Sequence record: PP429226.1
Direction: 5' to 3' (one strand)
DNA length: 24,000 nucleotides
Source of the DNA: Rhizobium phage LG08
The translations under genes and the position numbers were made by a program. Under the pieces are notes generated by a model, which was given only the letters and a program-made list of their open reading frames with translations, was not told the origin of the DNA and did no database searches. This document shows positions 22,899 to 24,000 of the stretch, piece after piece (position 1 is the stretch's first letter; each line of letters starts with the position of its first letter).

Positions 22899-24000
22899 TC
22901 AGAGCGAAGTCACCATGCGGAAGCCTTTGAACTTCGGGACTACTGAAGTATTTTGCGAAAGAGGAACGATCTTGACTTGGACCGAGTTGACGTTCGTGTA
23001 GAGTGCGTTGTTCTCTCCACGATAGGACATATCGACCTCGTACCTGGTCTCGATGAATTCGTCACGAACAGAAGTCTTCTTATTGTTATTCGTGATCTCG
23101 ATCCAGTTTTTAGTCAGGATCGACTGTTCATCGGATTCGTTCTTGGCACGGTAGTAAACCTTCACATCAGTTCCCGCTGGAGAGCTGATATCGAGATAAA
23201 CGTTGGCCTGGTCAGCATCGAAACCTTCGCCAAGAGTGACGACCTTCGAAATGTACCTTGCCTCTGCGTTACCTCCGTTAGGATCGGTTTCAAAGCCTTT
23301 GAATACGACATTCGCACCGGTACCAAGACCGGAAACAGTAATCGTGGGCTCAGAAGTAAATCCGATACCTTGGTTCACAACATCCACGTCGATGAGCCTG
23401 CCATCTTCGATAATCGGTCGAACGATTGCACCAGAACCACCTCCACCGGTTACGGTAATCGTGGTCGAGTCTTCTCCGTATCCGGTACCAGCATCGATGA
23501 TCGTGAAGTTCCTTCGGACGAGACCGAAATAGTTCACTACGTTCTTGATCGTCACCGCGAACGATCTGCTAATATCGAAGAACGGAGAAACGTACTTGTC
23601 AAACGATTTGGCCTTGACCGCGACAGAAGCATCGCGAAGGTTCTTTCGTACGATCCTTTCGGAAGAGAGGTCCGTATTGACACGTGCGCCAATCTTAGCT
23701 ACGACGTCATTCGAGTTCGTCGAGTCTCGAGTTGTGAGTTCGTACGACACGTTCGTTCCTTCGAAGACGAGAGCCTGCGGCCGGAAGTTGATCGTGTTGT
23801 ATCTGAAGTCTTCGTCGATGACGGTGTTCTTCAGGTTGAAACTCATTTCTCGATTGGTCTCAAAGTTACAAACTCCGAGTTCGAACATGACGGTATCGTT
23901 CTGGTATGCCGTCCAGGTCTGCGAGTTCTGCGAACGGAAAGACGAACCAAGCATAGGCTGGTTGTAAATCCTTGTCTCCGTACCGATAATGTTCTGACCC
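22899..24000 (-). CDS. tail/baseplate-associated structural protein, truncated by window edge
   Basis: Frame stays open upstream of M23954 (…GQNIIGTETRIYNQPMLGSSFRSQNSQTWTAYQNDTVMFELGVCNFE…); beta-rich content; adjacent to fibre genes. Confidence 0.65.
   Translation of the reverse strand, partial: GQNIIGTETRIYNQPMLGSSFRSQNSQTWTAYQNDTVMFELGVCNFETNREMSFNLKNTVIDEDFRYNTINFRPQALVFEGTNVSYELTTRDSTNSNDVVAKIGARVNTDLSSERIVRKNLRDASVAVKAKSFDKYVSPFFDISRSFAVTIKNVVNYFGLVRRNFTIIDAGTGYGEDSTTITVTGGGGSGAIVRPIIEDGRLIDVDVVNQGIGFTSEPTITVSGLGTGANVVFKGFETDPNGGNAEARYISKVVTLGEGFDADQANVYLDISSPAGTDVKVYYRAKNESDEQSILTKNWIEITNNNKKTSVRDEFIETRYEVDMSYRGENNALYTNVNSVQVKIVPLSQNTSVVPKFKGFRMVTSL

Noticed and set aside
1-24000. 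Search for a CRISPR, toxin-antitoxin, retron or classical defence system
   Set aside because: No reverse transcriptase, paired toxin-antitoxin motif, repeat array or known defence domain was recognised; the content is ordinary T4-superfamily core plus unknown small genes.

Overview
This window looks like part of a T4-superfamily (tailed, contractile-tail) phage genome. Almost every gene lies on the minus strand, densely packed with frequent ATGA/TGATG/TAATG overlaps. From high to low coordinate it holds: (1) a virion/tail block at about 18.5-24 kb, with an edge-truncated structural protein, a small coiled-coil protein, a long repeat-containing fibre ending in an S74-like chaperone domain, and two tandem paralogous glycine-rich adhesin-like proteins; (2) an early/middle block of small unknown genes with a PD-(D/E)XK (RecB/exonuclease-like) protein, a P-loop dNMP-kinase-like protein, a GalE-like epimerase, type II topoisomerase subunits (gp39-like and gp52-like), a gp55-like late sigma factor, and the gp47/gp46 (Mre11/Rad50-like) recombination nuclease pair. 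I see no CRISPR array, tRNA, rRNA, transposon or recognisable defence island. The strongest under-described signal is a family of at least seven near-identical early-type promoters (TRTTTACA-N17-TA) on the minus strand. At several of them an inverted repeat spans the -10 or the whole promoter. Read-through transcripts would fold the region next to or over the Shine-Dalgarno, while transcripts started at the promoter would lack the upstream arm. Other points: a lone plus-strand gene with a ParB-like motif, three small ORFs below the ORF-track size cutoff, a duplicated adhesin pair, and a divergent gp55. All homology calls come from motif recognition by eye; no database search was run.
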